Assembly (NCBI GenBank): GCA_965198005.1
Contig: CBDAOI010000003.1
Span: forward strand, 864,001 to 928,000
DNA length: 64,000 nucleotides
From: Spirochaetia bacterium
Lineage (GTDB): Bacteria > Spirochaetota > Spirochaetia > SZUA-6 > Bin103
Direction: 5' to 3'
Of this stretch, positions 20,023-31,100 are shown piece after piece. Within the stretch, counting starts at the first letter, position 1; each line of letters begins with the position of its first letter. Made by a program: the position numbers and the translations under genes. The notes under the pieces are model-generated. The model made no database searches and had not been told where the DNA came from. It saw nothing but the letters and a program-made list of their open reading frames with translations.

Positions 20023-20559
20023 TCATCTCGGCCCCGAGTTCCCGCGACGTACTTCGGAAGTCTCGGACAGCCGGCCCTCGTCGTCGATCAGGACTACGCG
20101 GGCGGGTCGGTCGGCGCTCCAACTCCACAGCACGAGATTGAGGTCGGCGGCGGAGGCCCCGGCGGCATAGCTTTGGACTCTCATGCCAACATGGCCCGCT
20201 GCGATCAGTCGGTCGGCGAGAGCCTGCGATGCAGGGATCGCACCAGCGCGCATTTCCGCTTCCCACGTGGGGCACGCGAGATCGGACTCCGTCACCCCCA
20301 ACGCCCGGCGCTGCTCTTGGTCCAGTGTATCGAAGACCGGCTCGGCATCGACCTCGTACGCGCACAGGGTGAGCGGCTGCATCGGCCGGCCGAGTGGCTG
20401 CGCTTCGCGGATGGCGACGAGCGGGGCGAGGGAGGTGTAGAGCGCCGGCACGCCGCGGCGGTTGACTCGTCCGCCGTGACGGCAAGCACCCTCGCCGGAT
20501 ATTGGCGTCCAGGACCACTGTGGATTGTGAGCCCGGTACACCATCGCCCGGAACCGCAC
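20023..20559 (-). CDS. RES-domain toxin (NAD+ phosphorylase type)
   Basis: 'SGEGA..HGGR.N..G.PALYTS', 'AIRE', 'VQS', 'NLVLW'. Confidence 0.85.
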   Translation of the reverse strand: MRFRAMVYRAHNPQWSWTPISGEGACRHGGRVNRRGVPALYTSLAPLVAIREAQPLGRPMQPLTLCAYEVDAEPVFDTLDQEQRRALGVTESDLACPTWEAEMRAGAIPASQALADRLIAAGHVGMRVQSYAAGASAADLNLVLWSWSADRPARVVLIDDEGRLSETSEVRRGNSGPR

Positions 20560-20574
20560 CAGGAGAACGCAGAC

Positions 20575-20925
20575 TCAGGCATAGCCGCCGGCCATGATGC
20601 GGTCCAGATAGGCATGCACCTGGTCGGCCCTGCCTTCGCGCACCAGAAGATCGGGGGTAGCGCCGCCGAAGCCCGGCAGCGGCTCGGCGCGGAACCAGGC
20701 GTAAGCCGCGAGCGGCGATCCGGTTGCCGTTTCCACGCGATTGAGAATCTCCAACATCTGGCGCAACCGGACCTGGGTCTTGCGCGCCCGGACCCGCGAC
20801 GCGCGCGTGAACGCATCCTTGCCGAGGCCCAGCGTGCCGGCGATCTCGGACTTGGTGGTACGCAGCCCGTCGGCGATGAGCGACGGAGAGAACACCTGAT
20901 CCTGGACGAATTCCTGAAACCTCAT
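20575..20925 (-). CDS. Xre/MbcA/ParS-type antitoxin
   Basis: C-terminal 'AYAWFRAEPLPGFGGATPDLLV..GR...V..YL...GGYA'; upstream of the RES gene. Confidence 0.85.
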   Translation of the reverse strand: MRFQEFVQDQVFSPSLIADGLRTTKSEIAGTLGLGKDAFTRASRVRARKTQVRLRQMLEILNRVETATGSPLAAYAWFRAEPLPGFGGATPDLLVREGRADQVHAYLDRIMAGGYA

Positions 20926-21040
20926 TTCTGGCACCTCATACTTCTTGACATACCGTGATTCTGGTTGTCGTTCCAGGTGGCTCAACGCCTCCTCGACCAG
21001 CCGACAGCCGGTGAAACGATACTCGCGGCCTCGCGGCTAT

Positions 21041-21240
21041 CGGCGGTGCGCCAGTACACGGCCGCCGACTACGTGGCTGAGGCGGCATGCTGAGCCGGGA
21101 GGGGCGGCAGTACATGGAGATCGCGCCGCACCTGGCGCTGTGGCCGGGGGTGTGCCTGACCGTGGTGGTCTACATGTTCGGCGACGCGGTGCGAGATCTC
21201 TTGGACCCCCGCCTGCGCGGCCGGCTCGGGCGCTACGGCG
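21041..21240 (+). pseudogene. Fused shards of dppB and dppC permease genes
   Basis: 'AVRQYTAADYV' joined to 'MLSREGRQYMEIAP.LALWPG...FGDAVRDLLDPRLRG'. Confidence 0.8.
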
Positions 21241-21386
21241 CCGGCAGTGGCCGGCGGGCCGACGGCCCACAGTCAAGCTCTCCCACCGGGCCGGGCAGCC
21301 CGGCGTAGTCACGGAAGCAATAGCGTTCCGGGTAATGCTTGCCGGAACGCGTGGCGTTGGCTACCCTCGGATGAGCGAGCGTACTT

Positions 21387-22040
21387 ATGGCCGAAGGCAA
21401 CGAACACCGCGAACCCGCAACCCCGCAGGAGATCTGGGAGATTCTCCGCGAGGTCTCCGCAATGCAGCAGGAGACTGCACGCCGTATGCAGGAGACCGAC
21501 CGGCGGCAGCAGGACACCGATCAACTGCTCACGCGGCAGGCACGGGCCGCCGACCGGCGCATGGACAAGCTGGAGGAGCTGTTCAACGGGCAGTGGGGCA
21601 AGCTGATGGAGTCCCTGGTGGAAGGCGACCTCGTAGGGTTGCTCCAGCAGCGAGGCATCGTGGTGCAGCACACGGTAACCAACCCGCGGCAGAACTACGG
21701 TGAGCGGCGCTGGGAGTTCGACCTCGTGGCGATCAACGGCGAAGAGGTCGTGGTGGTGGAAGTCAAGACTAGCCTGAGGGTGCCGGACGTCGATCGTTTC
21801 ATCGGTCGGTTGAACGAGTTTCGGGAACTGATGCCGGAGTACGCCGAGCGGCGGATCTACGGGGCGGTTGCGTATCTGAAGGCCTACCAGGAGTCGGAGG
21901 TGCGAGCCGAGCGGCTGGGCCTGTTCGTGATTCGCGCCACCGGCAGCAGCGCCAGCATCACCAACCGGGAGGGGTTCACGCCGCGCGCGTTCGGTCACCG
22001 GAGCACGGCACCCAGCCGCCCAGCGGAGCGCTCCGACTGA
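21387..22040 (+). CDS. Coiled-coil plus PD-(D/E)XK nuclease-like protein (DUF3782-type)
   Basis: 'QETARRMQETDRR' heptads, 'WGKLMESLV', 'EFDLVAING..VVVVEVK', 'IYGAVA'. Confidence 0.7.
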   Translation: MAEGNEHREPATPQEIWEILREVSAMQQETARRMQETDRRQQDTDQLLTRQARAADRRMDKLEELFNGQWGKLMESLVEGDLVGLLQQRGIVVQHTVTNPRQNYGERRWEFDLVAINGEEVVVVEVKTSLRVPDVDRFIGRLNEFRELMPEYAERRIYGAVAYLKAYQESEVRAERLGLFVIRATGSSASITNREGFTPRAFGHRSTAPSRPAERSD

Positions 22041-22076
22041 CCCCGGCGCTCGGCGGGTCGGCCGTGGGGGACGGAC

Positions 22077-22135
22077 GAGTGACTACGCAAGCCAGACCTG
22101 CCACCGGTTGACGCTCCTGGCGCCTCACAGCCGCC
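22077..22135. repeat. 59-bp dispersed repeat, copy A (copy B at 27188-27246)
   Basis: Direct alignment GAGTGACTACGC...GGTTGACGC..CTGGCG...CACAGCCGCC with about 9 mismatches. Confidence 0.75.
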
Positions 22136-22472
22136 GCGGCTCCGCGCCGGCCCGCGGCCTCGGCCGGGTGGCGGTAGCTGCCGGCGGCCAGCTCAGAGTG
22201 CGCACCCGCGCCTGTCGCCGGCTCGGATGATCGGTGCGCGCACGCCATCTGGCGGCCCTGCGCAGTGTCGGCACCGCCCGACCGGGCTGCAGGCGCCTCA
22301 CTCCCCTGTGTGGTCGTCGCAAAGAGCCGCACCCGACCATTTCTTCAACAATTTCGCCATCCGGGCCTTCTTGGTTATATTGGGGAGGTGCAGTCAATCG
22401 GCGCCACACGTATGCATAGCGCGTCTCAACTTCGGAGGGTTCGGGTGACCTACAACAAGTTAACGCTTATGA

Positions 22473-22497
22473 CCCCGCCCCCCCCCCCCCCCCCCCC
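22473..22497 (+). repeat. Poly-C tract (others at 27293-27310 and 61107-61120)
   Basis: Homopolymer runs visible in the sequence. Confidence 0.9.
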
Positions 22498-22844
22498 AAG
22501 CGTAAGCGCTCGGGCTGAGCGCGTAGCGCGCCCCGCGCGCCACGTCGCTTCGACCACCGCTACTCCGACCGCCTGCGCGGCGGGCCGCCGGCGTTGCCGG
22601 TCACTCACCTTCGCTGCATCGCCGACCACCGCCCCACGCGGCTCTCCCGGATCAGGTCCGCGCACGCGTTCAAGGAGGTGCCGGATGTAGGATGATGTAG
22701 GACGTAGGATGCAGAACTGACGTGGGACTCGGGGCTGTCGTCCTCGCTTTCCGGGCACTTGCGCTGCGGGTGTACCTTGAGAGTGGGCGAGGGATGGGCA
22801 GTGGCATCAGCACTCTCAAGCACTCAAGTATTTAGGAGTCAAAC

Positions 22845-24659
22845 ATGCACTACGCAATCTTTCGCAAGATCCTCGCGGTACTGTTCGGTCTCGTCCTGAC
22901 CGCAACCGGCCTCTGGGCCAGCGCCGCGGAGGAAGAGGAGCCGGCCGCGGCGATCGAAAAGGAAATGGTGATGGACCCCACTACCGGCAAGATGGTGACC
23001 GCGCCGGAGTACGGCGGGACATTAACCTATCCCTATAGCAGAGTAGGCGATATTACAGACCCCTTTTTTAATGGCATCGAAGCGGGCTGGCTCATAGACG
23101 GTGTTAATGAGAAACTCGCCTACGGGAACTGGGGACTAGATATAGAAGAATTTGACTTTTCAAACCCTTACGTCCCTTTGTTTGCCTTCACAGGGAATCT
23201 GGCGGAAAGCTGGGAAACGCCCGACGACACAACGATAATCTTCCACATCCGTCAGGGCGTTCGCTACGCTCTTGATCCGGACAGTGAGGCTAGCCGCCTA
23301 TTGAACGGTCGGGAGCTAACTGCCGATGATGTCGTATATAACTATCAGCGAAATAACGCTCTGGGTGACTTCACCGAACGTGTCCATCTTCCTGGCCCGG
23401 CTCACAACCTGCCATGGGAATCGATAGAGGCCACCGACAAATATACGGTTGTTATGAGGTTGACGAAGCCTCAGCTCGGTGCGCAAAGGACTATCTTCGC
23501 CGAAGCTATAGATTGGATATTACCCCCCGAGGTGATCGAGAAATACGGCGACTATAAGGACTGGAAGAACGTGGTCGGCACCGGGCCCTTCATACTGACC
23601 GACTACGTCGAAGGCGTCTCCAAAACCTATACCAAGAATCCTGACTACTGGGGCTTCGACGAAAAATATCCGGAGAACCGCCTGCCCTATATTGACCAGT
23701 TAAGGGCTCTTTGGATGGCAGACGAAGCAACACGTATCTCGGCAGTACGCACGGGTCAGGTTGATCGAATACTACACGCCGGCGTCAATGACATAAAAAG
23801 CCTAGACGTGGTAAAGAGCCTCCAGGGGACCAACCCCGGAATCCTGGTGCGCGGTTTTAGCCAGGGGTCGTTTGCTTCTTTTGGTCTGAACATTCGCAAC
23901 GCGCCCTTTGACGACATCAGGGTGCGCCGCGCACTGCAGATGGCACTGGACCTCGAGACGGTTAACGATACCTACTACGCCGGTTATGCAACGGTGGAAC
24001 CTAGGGGGCTTGTCGGCGTCAAGGGGTTTTACACACCATTTGAAGAGTGGCCCGAAGAGCTCAAGCAATACTACAGGTATGACCCGGAAGGTGCTGAGAA
24101 GCTCCTTGATGAGGCTGGGTACATACGCGGCGCGGACGGCGTTCGATTCAAGACCACCTATGACCACCGCGACATCTTAGATTTGGGCTTTGCAGAAATA
24201 GCTGCCGGCTACTGGGCTGATATTGGCGTTGATGTCACGATTAATATTGTTGAAACGGCGACTTTGGTCGCTAATAAAACAGAACTAGATTATGAGATGA
24301 TTTCTGGCAATATGTCCATGATTACGAGCCCTGAGTGGATCATGGGCAATTATCGCTCAGAGACACAATGGATGAACGAATGGACGGGCGGAGCCGAGAC
24401 CCCTGAGCTGACCGCCGCCCAAGATGCCTTTTTCGCCGCTACCACCCTTGAGGAGCGGATGAAGGCATCTAGAGAGTTTGATATGGCCCTGGTGAACCAG
24501 CACAATCAGATATGGGGTCCTATGGTTGCAGTGTATCAGTTGACTCAGCCGTGGGTCGGAGGTTTTAACGGAGAATACGCGATGGGAGACATGAACCATC
24601 ATACCATCATCGCCCGCCTCTGGATCGACCAGGATCTGAAGCGAGAAATGGGGTTCTGA
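22845..24659 (+). CDS. ABC transporter substrate-binding protein, family 5 (DppA/OppA-like), paralog 1
   Basis: Signal peptide, 'LAESWETPD', 'GTGPF', 'KNPDYW', 'DIRVRRALQMALD', 'YDPEGAEKLLDEAG'; AGGAG RBS. Confidence 0.92.
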   Translation: MHYAIFRKILAVLFGLVLTATGLWASAAEEEEPAAAIEKEMVMDPTTGKMVTAPEYGGTLTYPYSRVGDITDPFFNGIEAGWLIDGVNEKLAYGNWGLDIEEFDFSNPYVPLFAFTGNLAESWETPDDTTIIFHIRQGVRYALDPDSEASRLLNGRELTADDVVYNYQRNNALGDFTERVHLPGPAHNLPWESIEATDKYTVVMRLTKPQLGAQRTIFAEAIDWILPPEVIEKYGDYKDWKNVVGTGPFILTDYVEGVSKTYTKNPDYWGFDEKYPENRLPYIDQLRALWMADEATRISAVRTGQVDRILHAGVNDIKSLDVVKSLQGTNPGILVRGFSQGSFASFGLNIRNAPFDDIRVRRALQMALDLETVNDTYYAGYATVEPRGLVGVKGFYTPFEEWPEELKQYYRYDPEGAEKLLDEAGYIRGADGVRFKTTYDHRDILDLGFAEIAAGYWADIGVDVTINIVETATLVANKTELDYEMISGNMSMITSPEWIMGNYRSETQWMNEWTGGAETPELTAAQDAFFAATTLEERMKASREFDMALVNQHNQIWGPMVAVYQLTQPWVGGFNGEYAMGDMNHHTIIARLWIDQDLKREMGF

Positions 24660-24660
24660 A

Positions 24661-24808
24661 TCAATCGCCCCTTGGGCGATTGAAATGGGAGTCGCTGCGC
24701 GACTCCACGGAAACCGCCAGAGGCGGTTTCCATTGCAGCAGTGCTCCGCGCGGCTGCTCTGAACAAGGGCGCCGGGAGAACGCTTGCGAGCGCGCTTCCC
24801 GGCGCCCA
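24661..24808 (+). terminator. Cluster of intergenic stem-loops after the SBP (terminator or REP-like)
   Basis: TCAATCGCCC/GGGCGATTGA, GGAGTCGC/GCGACTCC, GGAAACCGCC/GGCGGTTTCC and GGGCGCCGGGA/TCCCGGCGCCC inverted repeats. Confidence 0.6.
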
Positions 24809-24822
24809 TTTACCACGAAGAT

Positions 24823-25777
24823 ATGAGAGCCTACATCATCCGGCGGCTGCTGCTGGTCATCCCGACCCTGTTCATCTTGAGCGTGTTGGTGTTCCTGTCC
24901 GTCCGCTTCATCCCCGGCGACGTCATCGACATCATGGCCAGTCGCACGCTATTCGTGGGCGCCCGGCTCGACCGCGCGGCCATCGAACAGCGGCTCGGTC
25001 TGGACCTCCCGATGCACGTGCAGTACGGCCGCTGGATCGGCGGCATCCTCCTGCGCGGCACCCTCGGCGAGTCGCTGCTGGGCGGTTGGCGGATCGAGGA
25101 GCGCATGCTGGGACGACTGCCGTCACCGCCGAGCTCGGGCTGCTGGCCATCCTCATCGGCTTGGTCATCGCCCTGCCGGTGGGCATCTACTCGGCCGTGC
25201 GCCAGTACACCGCCGCCGACTACGTGGGACGGTCGATGGCCATCATGGGGCTGGCGACGCCCAACTTCTGGCTGGGAACGATGGTGATGATCTACCCGGC
25301 CATCTGGTGGACGTGGTCGCCGCGGATGGAGCTGGTCCCCTTCGCCCAGGACCCGCTGGGCAACCTCGGCATGTTCCTCATCCCCAGCCTGATCCTGGGG
25401 ACCTACCTGTCGGCCAGCACCATGCGCATGACGCGCACCATGATGCTGGAGGTGCTGCGCCAGGACTACGTCGGACCGCCTGGGCCAAGGGTCTGCTGGA
25501 GCGGTCGGTGATCCTGCGCCACGCGGTCAAGAACGCGATCATCCCGGTGGTGACGCTGGTGGGCATGCAGCTGCCGATCCTGGTGGGCGGCTCGGTGATC
25601 ATCGAGAACATCTTCAACCTGCCGGGGCTGGGGCGGCTGATGCTGGACGCCCTCAACGACCGCGACTACCCGGTGGTGTCGGCGGTGAACCTGTTCTTCG
25701 CCACGGTGGTGGTGTTCGTCAACCTGGTGACCGATCTGCTGTACGCGTCGCTGGACCCGCGGATTCGCTACGAATGA
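24823..25777 (+). pseudogene. DppB-like permease with two frameshifts
   Basis: 'MRAYIIRRLL' start; the frame changes at ~25122 and ~25472 relative to the intact paralog at 33866. Confidence 0.85.
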
Positions 25778-25800
25778 GGCAAAGGCAATGAGGGAAGCCC

Positions 25801-26208
25801 GTGGGTGACGTATCACAGCTGACTCCGGCCGTCGCCGAGCCGGCCGCGGGCGCGGCTGCGGCTGGGCACGCCGGAGCGCGGCGGTTCTTCGGACGGCTGG
25901 TCCGCGAGCAGCCGCTGGGGACGGCCGGCGGCATCGTTCATCCATGGGGCGCGGCTGTCGCTGACGGTGGGGCTGGCAGCCACGGCTACTTCCAGGCGGC
26001 GCAGGCGATCGGCAGCTCGCGCCGGCGCTCGCTGCTGCGCCACGTGCTGCCCAACATCGCGGCGCCGATCATCATCATCTTCAGCATCAACGTCGGCGGG
26101 GTGATCATGTCGGAGGCGGCGCTGAGCTTTCTGGGCTTCGGGCTGCCGCCGGACATCCCGAGCTGGGGCGGGATGCTGAGCCGCGAGGGGCGCCAGTACA
26201 TGGAATGA
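25801..26208 (+). pseudogene. DppC-like permease with internal deletion and 3' truncation
   Basis: 'REQPLGTAGG', then a jump to 'YFQAAQAIG..RHVLPN..EAALSFLGFG..PSWG'; ends at 'REGRQYME'. Confidence 0.85.
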
Positions 26209-26255
26209 ACGCTCGCGGCCACGGGGCTGACCCGAGAGACCGTGTGGTCTTGGGC

Positions 26256-26642
26256 CTACGGGGGCCGCGCCGCCGCGGCGTGCGACCGCAGCTTACCGTA
26301 TCGCTCACAGAAGAAGCGAACACACTCGGGGGCCAGATCAATCGTTTGCTCATCCTGTTCGCCGGTCTCGGGATTGGGCCAGACCAAGGCGTAGTCGGCT
26401 CGAACCATACGGAATCGTCTCTTGTCCCTCAGCAATTGAAACACGACGCCGGGATTCTCCTCGATCAGGAGCGGCCGAAAGTCCAACTCGTAGATGGAGA
26501 CGTCCAGTTCTTCCTCAAACCAGAGTCGCAACATGTAGTCGGTCACGTACTCAACCTTCAGCAAGCCTCGCTCCCATCGGTTCGTCCACTTCCTCGGGTC
26601 ATCGGCTACGGCTCGCCACTCGCTCCATCGCATGGTCTTCAT
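26256..26642 (-). CDS. DUF2442-family protein (putative antitoxin)
   Basis: 'VEYVTDYMLRLWF', 'VFQLLRDKRRF', 'LVWPN', 'IDLAPE'. Confidence 0.7.
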   Translation of the reverse strand: MKTMRWSEWRAVADDPRKWTNRWERGLLKVEYVTDYMLRLWFEEELDVSIYELDFRPLLIEENPGVVFQLLRDKRRFRMVRADYALVWPNPETGEQDEQTIDLAPECVRFFCERYGKLRSHAAAARPP

Positions 26643-26675
26643 CCCACTACGGAAACCGGCTGCCCCCGCCGGGAT

Positions 26676-26882
26676 CTATCCCACTGCTCCAGATTCGATC
26701 ATTCTTCGCAGACGGGGTGGCAATGCCACGCCGGGCCGAAGCCACTCTCTGGTTCTGATGTCGAGCCGATAGCTGCGGACATCGCCTTGATACCTGACGT
26801 GTACGTGTGGCGGCGCATGGTCATTGTAGTTCATCAGGACGACCAGAGCACCTTGCTTGAAGGGATGCGACACCGGTGGCAT
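26676..26882 (-). CDS. DUF4160-family protein (putative toxin)
   Basis: 'MNYNDHAPPHVHVRY' signature; upstream of DUF2442. Confidence 0.75.
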   Translation of the reverse strand: MPPVSHPFKQGALVVLMNYNDHAPPHVHVRYQGDVRSYRLDIRTREWLRPGVALPPRLRRMIESGAVG

Positions 26883-27310
26883 TTGCCATCTCTCAAGTTT
26901 GAGTATACGCCCCTCGACCTAGTAGGTACAGTCAACGCCTTGACGGGCGAATGAGTCCGGTCGGTCAGTCTTTTCTCAGCGAACGGCCGGGCTCACTGGT
27001 GCAGGGGCGGACATCAGGGTAGGCCAGCGCGGTCGTGCTCGGCGACGCGGAGGCCGCACGAGGTGAGCCATGACGGGTCAGGAGCCGCCACAGCCGCCAA
27101 ACTCAATAACGTGCTGAATGGCGCTTGACTGCCCTGTCGCGCGTGTGCAAGGGTATCGGAGTTGGGACTCGAACGGATGTCGATGATGAGTGACTACGCG
27201 ATCCAGCCCTGCCGCGGGTTGACGCCACTGGCGTCCCACAGCCGCCCGCCCGGAGTGGCCGCCCTGGCCCATCCCGTCCGTTCGCCTCTGTACCCCCCCC
27301 CCCCCCCCCC

Positions 27311-28366
27311 ACGCTGAAGGGGTTGCGCAAGTACAAATCGGTGGACAACCTGCTGCGCACGCTCTTGATCCATCTGGGCTGCGGGCACTCGTTGCGTGAG
27401 ACCGTGGTGCGGGCGCGGCAGGCGAATCTCGCCGATCTGTCCGATGTAGCTCTGCTGAAGCGCCTGCGGAAATCAAAGGACTGGTTGTACGCCCTGTGCG
27501 TTCAGCTGTTTCAGGAACACGGCATCGCGGTGGCGACCGACGGCGGCTTTCAAATCAGGGCGTTTGACGCCACCACCGTGAAGGAGCCGGGCAAGACCGG
27601 AGCGCTGTGGCGCATCCACTGGAGCGTATGCCTGCCGTCGCTGGCGTGCGACTTCTTCAGGCTCACGCCAACCGAGGGGCCGGGCACCGGCGAATCGTTG
27701 GTTCAGTTCCCGATTCGCGCCGGCGATCATGTAGTGGCCGATCGCGGTTACTCGACAGCCCGCGGTATCGGTTATGTGGCGGCCGCCGGCGGTCAGCTCA
27801 TCGTACGCGTCAATACCGGTGCGCTGGGGCTGCGCACAACCCAGGGTGAGCGGTTCGACCTGCTCGCCGCGGTCAGTTCGCTGAAGCGTGCCGGCGCCAC
27901 CAAGTCGTGGACAACGCAGGTGGTGATCAAGGATGACAGAGCACAACCGGCCAGAACCGTACCCGGTCGAGTGTGCGCGCTGCGCAAGTCGGCAGCAGCG
28001 ATCAAGCTGGCGCACCGCAAAGTCCGCCAGGAAGCAGCACGCAGGGGTAAGCGGACGCAAGCGGACACGCTGAGGTTTGCCGAATACGTGATCGTGTTCA
28101 CCACCTTTCCGGCGGCGAGCTTCAGTGCCGCCGAGATTCTGGAGTGGTATCGCATTCGCTGGCAGGTGGAGTTGGTGTTCAAACGGTTCAAATCGTTGGC
28201 GCAGTTGGGCCACCTGCCGAAATACGACGACGACAGCGCCAAAGCGTGGCTGTACGGCAAGCTGCTGGTTGCGCTCCTGGTCGAGAAGCTGATCCGCCAT
28301 GCCAGCGCTAGTTCCCCCTGGGGATACGACTTGGCGCCGTCAGCGGCCACCCAGTGCGTGGCGTGA
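27311..28366 (+). mobile_element. IS4-family transposase, 5' end truncated at the poly-C tract
   Basis: 'SDVALLKRL', 'FDAT', 'ADRGY', 'YRIRWQVELVFKRFK' (YREK motif). Confidence 0.85.
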
Positions 28367-28491
28367 CTTCAGGTTCGTGCTGGGCCAGGTCACCCGCACC
28401 ATCGAACCGGCTCTGCCACTGGCGCGCTATCTCGCGGGCGCTGGCTGAGCCGCCACGGCGCCGGCTGTCTCAGTTGTCAGCTTACTTCGAT

Positions 28492-30379
28492 CAGCAATTC
28501 TCGGTGAACGGAAGTGAGAGGGTCGGCGTGGGGGGCAATGGCGGGCGGGACGGCACGTAAGTGGTCGTATAGGTCATGAGCATGTAATAAGTTGCCTACC
28601 GGCTGGACACTCGATCCCAGGGTTGTCATGCTGTCTCCTATGGCAAGAGGTCGCCGCAGAGGTCCATTTTTACTTCGTTTTCGTGCGCTCCTGGTCTCCT
28701 TGAACCTGCACGCCGCCAAGGTCGTCGATACGCGCCAAGCCAGCAAGGTCCGGTACTCCCTGCAGGATTGCTACGTGTGTGCTTTCGCCTTGTTTACCTT
28801 CAAGACCCTTCCGTGCTGGAGTTCCAACGCCGCTTCCAGGACGAACTCCGCACCAACAACCTCAACTCTACGTTTGGCGTCGCTCGGATCCCTGCCGACT
28901 CCCAGTTCCGCGATCTGCTCGACAGCCATGACTATGAACCGCTGCTCGGCTGCTTCGGCGACTGGATAGGGCGCATGCAGGACGCCAAATGGCTGCAGCA
29001 CTACCAGTTCCTCGACGGTCGCTACCTCATCACCATGGACGGCTCCCAGTACTTCAGCTCGTACAAGGTGAACTGTGAGTGCTGTCTGACCGCCACCAAG
29101 AACGGCACCGTACGCTACCACCACGACATCCTGCAGACCGCCATCGTCCACCCCGACAAGCGGCAGGTGCTGCCGTTGGCTCCCGTGTTCATTCACAACG
29201 CCGATGACTCTGGCGCCAAGAATGCCAAACGCCGCAAGCAGGACTGTGAAATAAAAGCCGGCTACCGTGCCTTGCAGCGCATCCGTAACGACCATCCCCG
29301 GCTGGCTGCGGTGATCGTCGCCGATAGTCTGTACTCCAAGCAACCGTTCATCGAACAGGTGCGCGCCGCCCGCTGCTCGTTTCTGCTGGTGGCCAAGCCG
29401 GAGGATCACACCAGCCTGTACCAGGATATCGACGGGCTGCGCCGCGGTCGGCTGCTGGACCACCGCTGCACCATCGACGCGACCGGGGACCGGCATGAAT
29501 ACGAGTGGGTTACCGGGGTGCCGCTGAACGGCAACCCCCGCAGTCCCCAGATCAACTTCGTGCACTACCGCATCGTACGTGCCGGCACGACCACCTATCA
29601 AAACGCCTGGGTGACCGACTTGGTGCCGACCGCTGGCAGCGTAGCGCGGATCGTGCGTGCGGGACGAGCACGCTGGAAGATCGAGAACGAGGGGTTCAAT
29701 ACGCTGAAGAACCAGGGCTACCACCTGGAGCACAACTTCGGCCACGGTGACAAGTACCTGTCGGAGGCGTTCTTCCTACTCAACCTGCTGGCCTATTTCA
29801 TGCACCAGATATTCGAGCTGGTGGACGGTCTGTATCAGCAGGTGCGGGCTGGGTTCGGGTCGCGCCGGGAGTTCTGGGGCGCGGTCCGTGCCACGTTTCG
29901 GCTATTCCTGTTCCCGTCGTGGGACCAGGTGCTGGTGCGGATGAACTCGCCGCCGCAGCCGCTGTCCGGGTAGCCGCTCCCTGGAGAACTGAACCTGCTC
30001 CCTGAACGATCCCTGACGAGGGCCGCGGCGCAGGTGTGCCGGCCGCGGCTGAGCACCGCCCCCGAAGGCCGATCGCCGCACCGCGCCAGCCCGCGGCATC
30101 GGCCGAGCGGCGGTGGCTGACGGTGGTCAGGTCATCGCACGGGGCTGCATGACGGTGGCTAAATACTTCACCTGCAATCAGTTACAGAATTTCTGCCGGG
30201 TCGGACCGTGGGTGCATTCACTCGGTGGGCCAACAGGTGGGCATGGTCGCGTTTCACACTCGGAGGGCTTGAGCTTATGACAGGGCTTGCGGTCTCGCCC
30301 TCAAAACTTTTCTGTAACCTTTCGGCCCCCAATGTTGCATTACTGTTTATGATGCTCCGCTGCTCCCCGAGAATTGCTG
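28492..30379 (+). mobile_element. ISNCY-like DDE insertion sequence, copy 1 (transposase ~28628-29973, 1-bp frameshift near 28795)
   Basis: Terminal IRs CAGCAATTCTCGG / CCGAGAATTGCTG; 'MDGS', 'KQDCE', 'ADSLY', 'GRARWKIENEGFNTLKNQGYHLEHNFGHG'. Confidence 0.85.
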
Positions 30380-30380
30380 C

Positions 30381-30712
30381 CGGTGACGTCCGAGTCGTTG
30401 ACAGGGTGGTCGCGCCCACGCTATCATGCCTGGCTTGGGGCGACGGATGCCGATGAAGCGCTATGAAGACAGTCAGCGCGGTGACCGGTTGCCGGTGACG
30501 CCGCGCGATGAGCGCGTTGGGTCGCTGTTGACACGGATTCGGGCGGCGGCGTACAATCTTCGGCGAATGGGCACCGACAGCATCCAGCCCAGTCGCCGGC
30601 CAGCGGTGACGAAGCGCGATGAGCGGGTTGGGTCGCGCTTGACACGGATTTGGGCCGGCCTCTACACTCGTCCGCGAATGGGCACTGACGCCATGCAGCC
30701 CAGTCGCCGACT
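30381..30712 (+). promoter_or_regulatory. Three tandem ~111-bp units, each with a sigma70-like promoter
   Basis: TTGACA-N18-TATCAT (30398), TTGACA-N18-TACAAT (30528), TTGACA-N18-TACACT (30639); each unit opens with CGGTGACG. Confidence 0.7.
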
Positions 30713-30736
30713 ACCGACTACCGACTACCGACTACC
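30708..30736 (+). repeat. Heptamer tandem repeat (CGACTAC)4
   Basis: Seen directly in the sequence. Confidence 0.9.
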
Positions 30737-31100
30737 TAACCGCGCGACAGCCAGCCGCTCGGCGCCGGTGCTGACCGCGGCACCATCAATCCGCGCGGCA
30801 CACAGCCGTGCGTGTGGCGGCGGACCGCGTCGGCCGCAACCTCCACCAGTCTACATCAACCGGCGTTGCCGGGACTTCAGAAGAGAGGGGCACATCTGCG
30901 CCCGACCGAGGGGGTGCAAAATGATACTCAAAGAGCCGCACGCGCGCGCGGCGTGAGCCGGGGTGAACCCGTTGAGTCACACGCCGCGCGCTCTTAGTGA
31001 ATTTGACTCAGACTGGCCGTCTGCGTTGCGGGCATGAGAGTAGCCAGGGAGCGGCAAGTCGCTCCGCAATACTCTCGAAAATCAAGATCCGGAGTTACGC

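Noticed and set aside
16090-21000. Integron cassette array of TA genes
   Set aside because: No integron integrase, no repeated attC-like sites, and mixed gene orientations.
26205-26954. 249-aa + strand ORF
   Set aside because: Antisense to the DUF4160/DUF2442 pair; no motif.
30381-30736. CRISPR array
   Set aside because: Units are ~111 bp with similar, not unique, inter-repeat sequence; no cas genes. Better explained as tandem promoter duplication plus a heptamer SSR.
30426-30956. 176-aa ORF with an internal repeat
   Set aside because: Simply the translation of the promoter repeats and the SSR; no family motif.
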